64,000 nt of DNA from a bacterium (candidate division B38) B3_B38 (GTDB lineage: Bacteria; Acidobacteriota; B3-B38; Guanabaribacteriales; B3-B38). A program made the translations under genes and the position numbers. How positions within the stretch are numbered: position 1 is the stretch's first letter; every line of letters starts with the position of its first letter. The notes beneath the pieces were generated by a model. That model searched no databases. It worked only from the letters and a program-made list of their open reading frames with translations, and had not been told where the DNA came from. Shown one piece after another: positions 1 through 10,054 of this stretch. The stretch spans positions 12,477 to 76,476 of the forward strand of contig NJBL01000001.1 of the NCBI GenBank assembly GCA_005223145.1. The letters are read 5' to 3'.

Positions 1-1
1 G

Positions 2-121
2 ACAGCAGAACCCGAAGAGCTTATTCTGGAGATTAAATTCGAAGAGACCAAAAAGTTCGTCCAGCGGGTGATGAGGAGCTATTGGAGATATAAGGAAATC
101 TACGGAGACGGGATGAATTGA
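2..121 (+). CDS. 3' end (39 codons) of an upstream gene truncated by the window start; function unknown
   Basis: Open frame from the window edge to TGA at 119-121 (..KKFVQRVMRSYWRYKEIYGDGMN*). No recognisable motif. Confidence 0.3.
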   Translation, partial: TAEPEELILEIKFEETKKFVQRVMRSYWRYKEIYGDGMN

Positions 122-202
122 CCTTTTCTATCCAGCTGTGCCCCCTCCTTTTCTGATAAGGGGAGAGATTTTATTTATCGTCAATCGCAATTGGGCTTAA
201 AT

Positions 203-230
203 TGACATCGTATTTATACTATGATATAAA
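203..230 (+). promoter_or_regulatory. sigma70-like promoter (TTGACA-N16-TATAAA) upstream of the acylase gene
   Basis: TTGACA at 203-208 and TATAAA at 225-230. A strong SD (AAGGAGGAG) at 301-309 precedes the ATG at 316. Confidence 0.5.
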
Positions 231-315
231 AATCTCAGGGAGAAAGAGGGTGAAGTCATTTTTAGCAAGGACCAATTTTCATTAAAATTCATTAGCGAAA
301 GTAAGGAGGAGATAA

Positions 316-2436
316 ATGAGGCGAGCCTATAAAACTATTCTTGTCGTCCTCAGCATAAGCCTGTTATTAGTCTCTTGCGCCCCCAGGGAAAAAGCGGAGC
401 GCTTAGCCAGAAGTGTAGAAATAAGAAGAGATACTTTTGGAATTCCTCATATCAAGGCTAAAGATGAGGAAGCCCTCTATTTTGGGATGGGCTTCGCCCA
501 GGCAGAAGATAAGCTGGAACTGCTGGCCAAGAATTACATTCTCTCCCAGGGTCGGGGAGCTGAGGTTTTTGGTAAAGATTACCTGCAATCCGATATGCTC
601 ATCGCCCGCTTCCGGATCAGTGAAATTGCAGAGCGAGAATTTGACCAGGCTTCCAGCCAAATGAAACAGACCTATGAGGCTTTTACTCAGGGATTGAATT
701 ATTACATTGACAGCCATCGGGATTCCTTGCCAGAGTGGATACCACATTTTTCTCCTATCGACTCCTTCCGTAATACGGTGTTTGGGATATTTTATTTTAT
801 ATACTTCTCTCAATCTTATGAGATTGAGCGTTATCTGGCTCCATCAGGCTCCAATATGTGGGCTATTGCTCCGCAGAGGACAGCAAATGGTCATACCCTT
901 TTCCTGGCTAATCCCCACCTTTCCTGGGTTAATGGATTTGTCTGGTATGAAGCTCATTTAACCATTCCTGGGAAATTAAATGTATCGGGGGCAACTTTGA
1001 TCGGGATGCCCGCTCTGTCTGTGGGGCATAACGAGTTTATGGCCTGGTCTCCTACGGTGAACTATCCTGACTTACTGGATATCTATGAGCTAAAGCTCAA
1101 TGAGGATAAAAGTTCTTATTACTACGATGGCACCTGGGTTCCCCTGGAAAAACGCGAAGTCGTTATTAAAGTCAAAGAGGAAACCGGAGTCAGAGAGGTA
1201 AAGAGGGAGCTGTTTTTCTCTCAGCATGGACCTATTATGAAGATTGATGGAGATAAGGCTTATGCGGTAAAACTGGCTGGCATAGGGGAAGCTAACCGGC
1301 TAGAGGGTTGGTTCCATATACCCAAAGTCCGCTCTTTTCCGGAATTTAAAAAGGTTCTTGAAGAGCACACTCTGCCATTTTTCAATATTGCTTACGGCGA
1401 TAGAGATGGAAACATTTATTACGCCTCCCTGGCCACCATTCCTGTTCGCACAAAAGGTTATGATTGGAAAGGAATTGTTGATGGCTCAACCTCAGAAACC
1501 CAATGGTTGGGCTTTCATTCTTTGAAAGATATGGCTCAGGTCTCTAACCCCTCTTCAGGCTATGTGCAGAGCTGCAACGGAAATCCCGGTTATACTACCT
1601 TAAGTGAGACTTTCAATATTGAGAGCTTTCCTTTTATGTATAGAGACAGCCAGTCCATCGACCTTCGCACCCAGCTCAGCTTGATAATGCTGGAGGACGA
1701 GGAGAAATTTACCTTAGAGAAACTATTAGACTGCAAGTGGAACACTCGTCTCCTGAGCGCCGAGCGATACAAAGACGAGCTGCTCCAGATATGCCGACAG
1801 CATCCGGTAACAGGGGAGGATCGGAAAATCCTTGATGAAGCCATAAAAGTCCTTGAGGAATGGGATAATACCACCTCGGTAGATAACAGAGGTGCTCAGC
1901 TCTTTCTTCTCTGGGCTCTTGATTATATGTATAGGACTGAAAATCCCTGGATTGAACCCTGGAATGCTGACCACCCCATCTCCACGCCACGGGGTATCGC
2001 CAATAAAAAAGCAGCCGTTGAGCTCCTCATTAAAGCTGCCAAAAAGATGCAAGAGCAATATGGCACCCTTGCACCTCTTTGGTCGGATATTAGATATATT
2101 CAGCGGGGAGATAAAACTCTGCCACTCGCCGGCGAGGGAGGGCATTTCGGCTCTTTTCGGGTCACCTTCTGGACTCCCCTGGAGCAGGGAAAATACAGAG
2201 CAGTCGGAGGCGACTCTTTTGTGATGGTGGTTGAATTCTCCGACCCCCTTAAGGCGTTTACCATAACTCCTTACGGAGCTAGTGATGACCCCTCGTCCAG
2301 CCATTTTTCCGACCAGACTGAGCTCTTTGCCAAAAGCCAGATGAAGCCGGCCTGGTTCAGCGAAAAAGAGGTGAAGGCCAACCTGGAGAAAAAATATAAA
2401 CCGTCAGAGGTAATACCCAGGAGAAAAACTGAATAG
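316..2436 (+). CDS. Penicillin amidase / acyl-homoserine-lactone acylase family protein (peptidase S45, Ntn-hydrolase), secreted lipoprotein
   Basis: 706-aa ORF with signal peptide and lipobox (LLLVSC). An internal SNMWAIAP matches the N-terminal nucleophile Ser-Asn-Met-Trp start of the beta subunit of penicillin G / AHL acylases. Length is typical for the S45 family. Confidence 0.8.
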   Translation: MRRAYKTILVVLSISLLLVSCAPREKAERLARSVEIRRDTFGIPHIKAKDEEALYFGMGFAQAEDKLELLAKNYILSQGRGAEVFGKDYLQSDMLIARFRISEIAEREFDQASSQMKQTYEAFTQGLNYYIDSHRDSLPEWIPHFSPIDSFRNTVFGIFYFIYFSQSYEIERYLAPSGSNMWAIAPQRTANGHTLFLANPHLSWVNGFVWYEAHLTIPGKLNVSGATLIGMPALSVGHNEFMAWSPTVNYPDLLDIYELKLNEDKSSYYYDGTWVPLEKREVVIKVKEETGVREVKRELFFSQHGPIMKIDGDKAYAVKLAGIGEANRLEGWFHIPKVRSFPEFKKVLEEHTLPFFNIAYGDRDGNIYYASLATIPVRTKGYDWKGIVDGSTSETQWLGFHSLKDMAQVSNPSSGYVQSCNGNPGYTTLSETFNIESFPFMYRDSQSIDLRTQLSLIMLEDEEKFTLEKLLDCKWNTRLLSAERYKDELLQICRQHPVTGEDRKILDEAIKVLEEWDNTTSVDNRGAQLFLLWALDYMYRTENPWIEPWNADHPISTPRGIANKKAAVELLIKAAKKMQEQYGTLAPLWSDIRYIQRGDKTLPLAGEGGHFGSFRVTFWTPLEQGKYRAVGGDSFVMVVEFSDPLKAFTITPYGASDDPSSSHFSDQTELFAKSQMKPAWFSEKEVKANLEKKYKPSEVIPRRKTE

Positions 2437-2570
2437 CTATTGCGTATTTCTAATGATATTTTCAGCTCGCTTTTAAAGTATTGAAATATTGACACTTTCT
2501 GCACTAATGCAATATACCCGCATTGGGCAGTTTATTAAAAATAACCAAAAATTTTTGATGGTGAAGAGCT

Positions 2571-3716
2571 ATGAAGAAACCCCTGTTTCCTTGTTTAATA
2601 GGGCTTAGCCTGCTTCTATTGATGAGTTGTGTAGTGGTACAGCCTGAAGGAGGCACCCCCTCCTACCAGACGCCTTATGCACCATATAGGGATTTAGCCT
2701 CTGACCTGGAGCGCAATTTAGGAGAACTTTATAACTCCAGCAAAGCTCAGCTCACTGAGGCTACACCCAGCGACCGGAGACTGCTGGAAGATCTCGACCA
2801 GCTATGGCAAGATTCCAAGGAGCTGCGGCGCTACCTTCGATTTTACCCTTCCAATGAGATGCGAGCCGACCCCCTCATCAACAGGATGCTCTCTCAGGCA
2901 GAAAGGATAGACAGAGGCTTCCGATATCAGAGCTCCTTCAGAATGTTTCGCCGGGATTGGGATGATTCTTACTCCATTCTCAAGGGGATCGCCAACTTTA
3001 TGATAGGTGAGGTAGTGGAATGGCTTACCGAAGAGACTGACCGCCTATATACGAAGCTAAAGGAGATGACCAAGGAAAAGACGCCACAAGAGATCGAGGT
3101 GCTCGATAGCCTCTACCAATTCTGGTCTCAGAGCCGGGATATCGACCTCTACCTTGGGGCTACCTATTTTAATAAAACCAGACTTCTGCAGATGACAAAC
3201 CGTCTCCAATACCGAGCCGACCGCACCGACCGTCAGCTCCACAGCCTGCCTTATTACTCTGCGTTAGAAGAAGGGTGGGAGCAGTGCCTGGGGCTGACCG
3301 AGAGGCTGACCGGTAAAGCAGAAAGAATCTATGGCTACCGCAGACCGTATGCACCGCCAGAGGAAAGAAAAGAGGAAAAAAAGGTAGCTAATATCAAACC
3401 AGTCGGCTATATAGATATCGCCACCCCTGAGGAGGTCGCTGGCTGGGCTTTTGACGAGGATGCGGGAACTGCGCCCATTGAGGTCCACATTTACCTTGAC
3501 GAAAAACATATAGCCACCCTTACTGCCAACCTCAGGAGAGAAGACCTCGTCGGAAAAGTAAAGCAGTTAAAGGACCCCTTACATGGCTTCCGATGGACTC
3601 CTCCAGCTTTGTTGCCGGGACGCCATACTGTCAAGGTCTATGCCATCAATGTGCCCCCGGGAGATAATATTCTCATTAGCACAAAGATAGTCTTTATACC
3701 GCCTAAAAAGAGATAG
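2571..3716 (+). CDS. Hypothetical secreted lipoprotein
   Basis: 381-aa ORF with signal peptide and lipobox (LLLMSC). No recognisable catalytic motif. Confidence 0.5.
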   Translation: MKKPLFPCLIGLSLLLLMSCVVVQPEGGTPSYQTPYAPYRDLASDLERNLGELYNSSKAQLTEATPSDRRLLEDLDQLWQDSKELRRYLRFYPSNEMRADPLINRMLSQAERIDRGFRYQSSFRMFRRDWDDSYSILKGIANFMIGEVVEWLTEETDRLYTKLKEMTKEKTPQEIEVLDSLYQFWSQSRDIDLYLGATYFNKTRLLQMTNRLQYRADRTDRQLHSLPYYSALEEGWEQCLGLTERLTGKAERIYGYRRPYAPPEERKEEKKVANIKPVGYIDIATPEEVAGWAFDEDAGTAPIEVHIYLDEKHIATLTANLRREDLVGKVKQLKDPLHGFRWTPPALLPGRHTVKVYAINVPPGDNILISTKIVFIPPKKR

Positions 3717-3781
3717 CGTATCTTCCTCACCTCTTGTCAGAAGGAATGAAAGAAGGGGAGGCTCCACTGTGTTGGCTGCTC

Positions 3782-5179
3782 TTAAGATTCCTTCTGGCTT
3801 TTCTGCTCTCTGCCGAAATAGAACTCCTCCCGGGTTTTCTCCCAGAGGCTATCGGTCAGGCGGTGCATCTCCGCTGCGTAGCGGTCGAGGTGGGCTTTTA
3901 TCCGGGGGTCGCTGACCACTGTTTCCGCCCCCTGGTGGGTTGGATGCGCTCCGCTGAGGGCTACTATCTCCCTTAAAACCTGTGGGTTATCTATAATCAT
4001 ACAGGGAGCATAAAGGTTATCGCTATAGGGTTGCTTTTCTCTTATCATTCGGAAAAGGTCTGATTTCAGAATCTCCTTCAAGCTCTTATCCTTGATATTA
4101 TCCACCGCAAAATGCGTGAACACACAGGGCTCCACATCCCCCTTATGATTTATATGAAGATATTGTCTCCCTCCCGCAATGCACCCACCCACATAGGGTC
4201 CATCATTCCAGAAGTCCCCGAGAAAAATCGGTTTGTTTGTCCTCCATTGGCTTATGCTCTCCCGGAGACTATTCCTCTGCTGCGGGGTGGACATAAGGTT
4301 AATGTCGGGATTGCGTCCGATGGGTATGTACTGGAAATACCAGCCAAAAAAGCACCCTTTCTCAATATAGAAATCTATGAATTCTTCGCTGGCAAGGAGG
4401 TCGGAGTTATACCTGGTAGGGGTAGCTGAAAAGCCGAACATTACCCCGTTCTCCTTTAGCTTCTCCATAGCTTTCATTATGCGGGCAAAGGTCCCCTTTC
4501 CCCGTCTCTCATCGGTCTCCTTCTCCAACCCTTCTACGCTGATACTCGGGGCTACATTCCCCAAAGAAGCTAACTCTTTAGCCATCTGCTCATCGATGAG
4601 GGTGCCATTAGTATACACCTGAAAATAGACATCGTTATGTTCCCTGAAGAGCCTCAGAAGGTCCCCCCAGAGGAATGGTTCCCCGCCGCTGATGGTGATA
4701 AAGTGGATCCCCATCTCATAGCCCTCGGTTATCACCCGACTAACAGTTTGATAGTCGAGGTCCTCACCCTTAGTGTAATCTCCTGCATAGCAGCCGATAC
4801 ACTTCAAATTGCAACGCATGGTGGGGCTTATAACCATAAAGTAAGGGGGCATAAAGCCCTCTTTCTCATTAAACCGGCTCCTGAAATGCCACCCCATAAG
4901 GGCTGAATTAACAAAGAAATTAGTCAACAACTTATCCCGGCATTTAGGAGAGAGCTTGGTCAGTATCCTTTTACCAAGAACCACATAGGTGGTTTGCTCT
5001 TCGAAGGCTTTCCTGATAGTCCGGATCGCCTCTACATACCCCTCTTTATAATCAATCCTCTCGGCTAAGTAGGTGAGTCTAATTAGGTTTTTATCGGAAA
5101 CCTTGGGGAGGAGTTTTAACATCTGAGTTAAAGCTTTTTGTTTAGCTCTATCCATCAATTTCATATCTCTTACCCCCAA
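3782..5179 (-). CDS. Radical SAM domain protein with an approximately 120-aa N-terminal extension and a Cys-poor twitch/SPASM-like C-terminal region
   Basis: Canonical CxxxCxxC (CNLKCIGCYAGDY) followed by a GGEP motif (ISGGEPFLW). C-terminal GGCIAGG...EPCVF. Stop TAA. RBS GGGGGTAAGAG upstream on the minus strand. Confidence 0.75.
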   Translation of the reverse strand: MGVRDMKLMDRAKQKALTQMLKLLPKVSDKNLIRLTYLAERIDYKEGYVEAIRTIRKAFEEQTTYVVLGKRILTKLSPKCRDKLLTNFFVNSALMGWHFRSRFNEKEGFMPPYFMVISPTMRCNLKCIGCYAGDYTKGEDLDYQTVSRVITEGYEMGIHFITISGGEPFLWGDLLRLFREHNDVYFQVYTNGTLIDEQMAKELASLGNVAPSISVEGLEKETDERRGKGTFARIMKAMEKLKENGVMFGFSATPTRYNSDLLASEEFIDFYIEKGCFFGWYFQYIPIGRNPDINLMSTPQQRNSLRESISQWRTNKPIFLGDFWNDGPYVGGCIAGGRQYLHINHKGDVEPCVFTHFAVDNIKDKSLKEILKSDLFRMIREKQPYSDNLYAPCMIIDNPQVLREIVALSGAHPTHQGAETVVSDPRIKAHLDRYAAEMHRLTDSLWEKTREEFYFGREQKSQKES

Positions 5180-5402
5180 AATTTAGATTCATCTATTTTA
5201 AGACGAAATTCCTCTCATTGCAACAGATTTTTTCGCTGGAAGTAGAAGCATCCCCCTTCTCCTTTGCATCTTATCCTTTCTAATATCAAAAACTTTTTGA
5301 ATCTCCCCCGTCCTGTGATATTATTTCCCTTGTAAGTATAAAGGCTCCAGCAAAGCAAAGGTATGGTGTTAATTCACTTAGGTTGTACCAAAGGAGGATG
5401 AA

Positions 5403-6422
5403 ATGAAGACAAAGGGGAATGTTCTCATCTCTATCATCTTCGGCTGTGTTATCCTGCTTTGCATTGCCCCTGCAAAGGCACAGAACCCAGCATTAAAGGT
5501 TCAGAAGATAGCCACCGACCTTTATCTCCTGGTGGGGAACGGAGGGAATGGTACCTTTTTGCTCTCCTCAGAAGCTGTGCTAGTGGTCGACAGCAAAAAC
5601 GACCCGACCACCGCCAGAGAAATCGTGCAGGAGGTCAAGAAGCTCACTACCGCCCCGGTCCGATATCTCGTCAACACGCATTACCATGGCGACCATACCC
5701 ATGGAAATCAGGTCTTCTCACCTCTGGCTACTATCATCTCTCATCAGAACACAAGGGAAAACACCATCAAATTTGACCTTCCCAGAAACGAGGAATCCCG
5801 TACCTCTCGCCTCCCTCAGATGCTGCGCGAGCAGGAGGCAAAAGTGGCTCAACTGGAATCCCAGAATTCCCCCCAGCTTCAGGAGGAGAGTCAGAGACTG
5901 GAAGAGCTGAAGAGAACGGCAGAGGAGCTGGAGCAGCTGCGGATAACCCCACCCAGCCTCACCTTTGAGACTCAGTGCACTATATACCTCGATGATTACA
6001 CAGTGGAACTCCTCTACCTGGGAGCGGGTCATACCAACGGCGATGTGGTCGTCTACTTCCCTCAGCAAAAGGTAATCCACCTGGGGGACCTCCTTTTTCA
6101 CCAGGTCATCCCCTATATAGATGTGGCAGCTGGAGCGGATACCGCTCACTGGATTGAGATACTCAACCAGACAAAGGAAATGGAGGTAGAAACCATCATC
6201 CCCGGGCATGGAGAGGTGACCGATAAAGCCGGACTGGAGGAGTTTATCAATTATTTAGCCGACCTGCGCCAGGAGGTGAAAAACTTCATCGACCAGGGAA
6301 AAACTCTGGAAGAGACTAAAGAGAACCTCCGGCTCCCCAAATACAGCCATTTCAGCGGATATAGCTCCCGCCTGCCAGGAAATGTGGAAGCCATCTACCG
6401 GGAGCTGACCAGGGGAAATTAA
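5403..6422 (+). CDS. Metallo-beta-lactamase fold hydrolase, secreted
   Basis: N-terminal signal peptide and an HxHxDH zinc motif (NTHYHGDHTHGN). Downstream HTNGD and PGHG motifs. RBS AAAGGAGGA 6 nt upstream. Contains an unusual Glu/Gln-rich coiled-coil insert. Confidence 0.75.
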   Translation: MKTKGNVLISIIFGCVILLCIAPAKAQNPALKVQKIATDLYLLVGNGGNGTFLLSSEAVLVVDSKNDPTTAREIVQEVKKLTTAPVRYLVNTHYHGDHTHGNQVFSPLATIISHQNTRENTIKFDLPRNEESRTSRLPQMLREQEAKVAQLESQNSPQLQEESQRLEELKRTAEELEQLRITPPSLTFETQCTIYLDDYTVELLYLGAGHTNGDVVVYFPQQKVIHLGDLLFHQVIPYIDVAAGADTAHWIEILNQTKEMEVETIIPGHGEVTDKAGLEEFINYLADLRQEVKNFIDQGKTLEETKENLRLPKYSHFSGYSSRLPGNVEAIYRELTRGN

Positions 6423-6579
6423 GCTGAATAACACAGCTTTCCAAACCGAGCGGAACTTATCAAAAAAAGGAGTACTTCTCCTTCACAGCATGCCAAAGGC
6501 ACCAGAGGGCATTCCCCTTGACATAACGCTTTAAATCCTTTAAACTTGCTAACAGGTCTTAAGGAAAGAAGGCTATCAT

Positions 6580-6882
6580 ATGAGAACACTCCTCTGGTTG
6601 GCTTTGGCTCTGGTAATCTATCTGATATGGCGGTTGATAACTGCTTCACCACTCCGAATCTCCTCCCCCAGAGGGGGAACCACTAAGGGAAGGTCCTCCG
6701 GGGGCAAGCGAGTAATCGATGCCGGGGATATGGTCAAAGACCCGGTGTGCAATACTTACATCCCGGCAGGAAACTCCATCGTAGAGAACATCGGAGGGCA
6801 AACCTTCCACTTTTGCTCTCCGCAGTGCCGCGATAAGTTTATAAAATCCCAGGATAAATCTAAGGATCAGGCAGCGATTTGA
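6580..6882 (+). CDS. Small membrane-anchored YHS-domain protein
   Basis: One N-terminal TM helix. DPVCNTYI ... FHFCSPQCRDKF is a YHS/TRASH-type metal-binding motif. Confidence 0.55.
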   Translation: MRTLLWLALALVIYLIWRLITASPLRISSPRGGTTKGRSSGGKRVIDAGDMVKDPVCNTYIPAGNSIVENIGGQTFHFCSPQCRDKFIKSQDKSKDQAAI

Positions 6883-6934
6883 CAATCCATCATTATCATA
6901 TATTTATTATATATTCTGAAGAGGAGAGAACAGT

Positions 6935-7891
6935 ATGAAACCCTCTGTTCTGGTAACCCGAAGACTTCCCGAGCCTGTTCTCCAGAAGCTGAAGGCTAAG
7001 TGTCAGGCGGATATCAACTACGAGGATACACCGTTATCCAAAGAGGAAATCATCCACAGAGTTGCCGACAAAGATGGAATGGTGACCCTCCTCACCGACA
7101 AAATCGACCGCGATATCATTGATGCGGGCACAAAGCTCAAAGTCATCTCCAATGTCGCTGTCGGATACGACAACATCGACTATCACTATGCTCGCCAAAA
7201 AAACATCTATGTCACCAACACCCCCGAAGTCCTGACCGAAGCTACCGCCGACCTGACATGGGCTCTCATCCTCTCGGTAGTCCGCAACATCGTCCCTGCC
7301 GACAGGTTCACCCGGCAGGTGAAGTTCAAAGAATGGCAGCTTTTCCTCTTCCTGGGCTCCGACCTGAAGGGGAAGAGGTTAGGGATAATAGGTCTGGGAA
7401 GAATAGGAAGGGCAGTTGCCCAGCGAGCCTCCGGGTTTGAGATGGAGGTGGTCTATTATGATATCCAGCGAGCCGACAGGGAACTGGAAAAGAGGCTAAA
7501 AGTCACCTATTTACCACTTGATCAGCTATTGAAAACTTCTGACATAATCACCCTCCATCCACCGCTGACTTCCCAAACCCACCACCTCATCGACCAAAAA
7601 GAATTCCAGCTTATGAAGCCAGGAGCTTATCTCATAAACGCCAGCCGGGGTCCTGTAGTGAACGAGAAGGCATTGGTGGAGGCTCTGAAAAGAAAAAGTA
7701 TAGCCGGTGCCGGGCTCGATGTCTATGAAAACGAGCCCCGTATAGAACCCGAACTGCTCGCTATGGATAATGTGGTTCTCCTTCCTCATATCGGCAGCGC
7801 TTCCCTGGAGACCAGGACCAAAATGGCTATGATAGCAATAGAAAATGTCCTTCAGGTGGTCTATGGGGAGAAACCGACTAACTACGTTTAG
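6935..7891 (+). CDS. D-isomer-specific 2-hydroxyacid dehydrogenase (glyoxylate/hydroxypyruvate reductase or D-glycerate dehydrogenase family)
   Basis: NAD-binding GIIGLGRIGRAVAQRA. Catalytic-domain motifs NASRGPVVNE and LDVYENEP. 318 aa. Confidence 0.85.
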   Translation: MKPSVLVTRRLPEPVLQKLKAKCQADINYEDTPLSKEEIIHRVADKDGMVTLLTDKIDRDIIDAGTKLKVISNVAVGYDNIDYHYARQKNIYVTNTPEVLTEATADLTWALILSVVRNIVPADRFTRQVKFKEWQLFLFLGSDLKGKRLGIIGLGRIGRAVAQRASGFEMEVVYYDIQRADRELEKRLKVTYLPLDQLLKTSDIITLHPPLTSQTHHLIDQKEFQLMKPGAYLINASRGPVVNEKALVEALKRKSIAGAGLDVYENEPRIEPELLAMDNVVLLPHIGSASLETRTKMAMIAIENVLQVVYGEKPTNYV

Positions 7892-7997
7892 GAATAAAAG
7901 AGCGTCCTTTCTTGTTAAGGATAGCACCTTTGGCTATCAATTATAAGAAGACAATCTCTCCGCTTGCGAGCATACCTCTATTGTCCTGATAAATTGT

Positions 7998-8013
7998 GGA
8001 GGGATTTCCCTCC
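7998..8013 (+). promoter_or_regulatory. Short perfect hairpin (GGAGGG-ATTT-CCCTCC) in the folD leader
   Basis: Seen directly; 22 nt upstream of the folD ATG. No adjacent T-tract on either strand. Confidence 0.2.
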
Positions 8014-8034
8014 AAAAGGAAATAGCACATTAAG

Positions 8035-8961
8035 ATGACAGCCAGAATAATCGACGGCAAAGGGATAGCCCGGCAGATAAAAGATGAAGTCAGACTCGGC
8101 GTGGAGAAGCTGAAAACTACCAGGGGTGTCCAGCCAGGACTGGCAGCCATTCTGGTGGGAGACCACCCCGCCTCCCAGGTCTATGTCCGTATGAAGACCA
8201 GAGCCTGCCAGGAAGCCGGCATCCGCTCCGCCACCATCCTGATCGACAAAAATTCTACCACTGAAGAGGTGCTCCGCCAGATTGAGCAGTTAAACCGCGA
8301 TGACCAGACCGACGGAATACTGGTTCAGATACCCTTACCTCCTCATATTGACGAAGGTCTCCTCCTTCAGGCAGTCGACCCCCAGAAGGATGTCGACGGC
8401 TTTCATCCCGTGAACTTCGGCAACCTTCTTGCCGGGCGGGAGTGCTTTGTCCCCTGCACCCCTGCGGGAATTATGGAGATACTGAAAAAGGAGAGAGTTC
8501 CCCTCAAGGGGAAAAGGGCGGTAATGTTGGGCAGAAGCAATATAGTAGGCAAGCCTACAGCCATTCTCTTGATGCACCAACATGCCACGGTAACCATCTG
8601 CCACTCCCGCACCGAAAACCTCCCCCAGGTCACCTCCGAGGGGGATATACTTGTGGTAGCTGTCGGACGCCCGGCAATGGTCACCGAAGAGTTCGTCAAA
8701 CCGGGAGCAGTGGTCATCGATGTTGGCGTAAATCGTCTCAGCGACCTGGCGGAGATAAAAAGAATCTTCGGCAACGACCCCCTCCGCTTAGCAGAGCACC
8801 AAAAAAAGGGGTATACCATAGTGGGAGATGTGCATCAGGCGAGGGTTCAGCAGGTTGCCTCGGCGCTGACGCCGGTCCCCGGTGGGGTGGGACCCATGAC
8901 CATCGCCATGCTGCTCAAAAACACATTGATAGCCGCCCGAAGAAGGAGAGGAGATGGCTGA
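8035..8961 (+). CDS. folD: Bifunctional methylenetetrahydrofolate dehydrogenase / methenyl-THF cyclohydrolase
   Basis: MTARIIDGKGIA N-terminus, ILVGDHPASQVYV, and Rossmann GRSNIVGKP. 308 aa. Confidence 0.9.
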   Translation: MTARIIDGKGIARQIKDEVRLGVEKLKTTRGVQPGLAAILVGDHPASQVYVRMKTRACQEAGIRSATILIDKNSTTEEVLRQIEQLNRDDQTDGILVQIPLPPHIDEGLLLQAVDPQKDVDGFHPVNFGNLLAGRECFVPCTPAGIMEILKKERVPLKGKRAVMLGRSNIVGKPTAILLMHQHATVTICHSRTENLPQVTSEGDILVVAVGRPAMVTEEFVKPGAVVIDVGVNRLSDLAEIKRIFGNDPLRLAEHQKKGYTIVGDVHQARVQQVASALTPVPGGVGPMTIAMLLKNTLIAARRRRGDG

Positions 8962-9616
8962 GGATAAACCCCGTCGAGGGAGAATCCTGAAAGTAGGGTT
9001 AACGGGTGGAATAGCCTGTGGCAGAAGCACGGTAGCCAAGATGTTCGGAGAGCGGGGATGTTATTGTATTGACGCCGATAAAATAGCCCATCGCCTCCTC
9101 CAGCCTCCGAGCGCTATCTGGCAGAGGGTAGTAGGGTATTTCGGTGAGGAGATTTTAAACCCCGACCAGACCATAAACCGAGAACGGCTGGGGGCCATCG
9201 TCTTCTCAGACAGAGAGAAAAGAGAGAGGCTCAACTCCATCGTCCACCCTCAAGTAATAGAAGAGGAGAACAGGTTCGTTGAGGAATACCTTCTCTCGGG
9301 TGGCGAGGAGATAGTGATCGTGGACGCTGCCCTTATGATAGAAACCGGAAGCCACCATCGCTTCGACAAAATAACGGTGGTTTACACAGATGAACAGACC
9401 CAGCTCGAAAGGCTTATTGAGAGAAGTGGACTCTCTCCGGAGGAAGCCCAAAGGAGGATAAAAGCCCAGCTCCCTCTCAGGAAGAAGCTCCTTTATGCTG
9501 ACTATAAGATTTCTAACTCCAGAAGCCTGCAGGACACAGAGAGACAGGTAGAGGAGGTTTTTCAATCCCTTAAGGAGGATTGGAGAAGAAAATTTTCCCT
9601 CCTCCCCCCCCGATAA
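8954..9616 (+). CDS. coaE: Dephospho-CoA kinase
   Basis: P-loop GLTGGIACGRST. Approximately 200-aa CoaE architecture. Overlaps the folD stop by 8 nt. Confidence 0.85.
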   Translation: MAEDKPRRGRILKVGLTGGIACGRSTVAKMFGERGCYCIDADKIAHRLLQPPSAIWQRVVGYFGEEILNPDQTINRERLGAIVFSDREKRERLNSIVHPQVIEEENRFVEEYLLSGGEEIVIVDAALMIETGSHHRFDKITVVYTDEQTQLERLIERSGLSPEEAQRRIKAQLPLRKKLLYADYKISNSRSLQDTERQVEEVFQSLKEDWRRKFSLLPPR

Positions 9617-9665
9617 AAATCTTTAGAGAATGCCTCTCTTTTTGGGGGAAGAAGAGGAGCTAAGA

Positions 9666-10040
9666 ATGTATGAGATAATGATAGAGACCGGGTTTTCGGC
9701 TTCTCATCAAGTAAAAGGCTACCCGGGTGATTGTGCCCAGCCCCACGGGCACAACTGGAAGGTGAGGGTGTATGTGAGGGCTGACCGCACCAATAGCCTG
9801 GGGATGGTGATAGATTTCCGCCGCCTGAAAGAGATAACCTGCGAGTTCACCGAACAGCTCGACCACAAGTCGCTGAATAACCTCCCTCCCTTTGACAAAG
9901 AGAACCCCACCTCCGAAAACATCGCCAAATGGCTCTATGATAATCTCAAGAGGAAAATAGATACTGAGGACTATTATCTGTGGGCAGTGGAGGTTTTCGA
10001 AACCGAGACCAGCCGAGCTTTTTACTCAGAAAGTGAATAA
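9666..10040 (+). CDS. queD: 6-carboxy-5,6,7,8-tetrahydropterin synthase (6-pyruvoyl-tetrahydropterin synthase family)
   Basis: CxxxHGH-type zinc motif (CAQPHGHNWKVRV). Start chosen at ATG 9666 (MYEIMIETGFSASH) with GAGGAG upstream. The ORF track begins 36 nt earlier at 9630. Confidence 0.8.
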   Translation: MYEIMIETGFSASHQVKGYPGDCAQPHGHNWKVRVYVRADRTNSLGMVIDFRRLKEITCEFTEQLDHKSLNNLPPFDKENPTSENIAKWLYDNLKRKIDTEDYYLWAVEVFETETSRAFYSESE

Positions 10041-10054
10041 CCTGCAAGGGGGAA

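Noticed and set aside
6467-6490. Hairpin AAGGAG-TACTT-CTCCTT after the MBL gene as a rho-independent terminator
   Set aside because: On the plus strand it is preceded, not followed, by the A/T run. On the minus strand there is no upstream gene to terminate. It was kept out of the features.
8442-8990. 182-aa Arg/Gly-rich ORF in an alternative frame of folD and similar shadow ORFs (5459-5776, 5718-6209 minus, 1726-2304 minus)
   Set aside because: They overlap genes with clear family signatures, have low-complexity composition and no translation signals.
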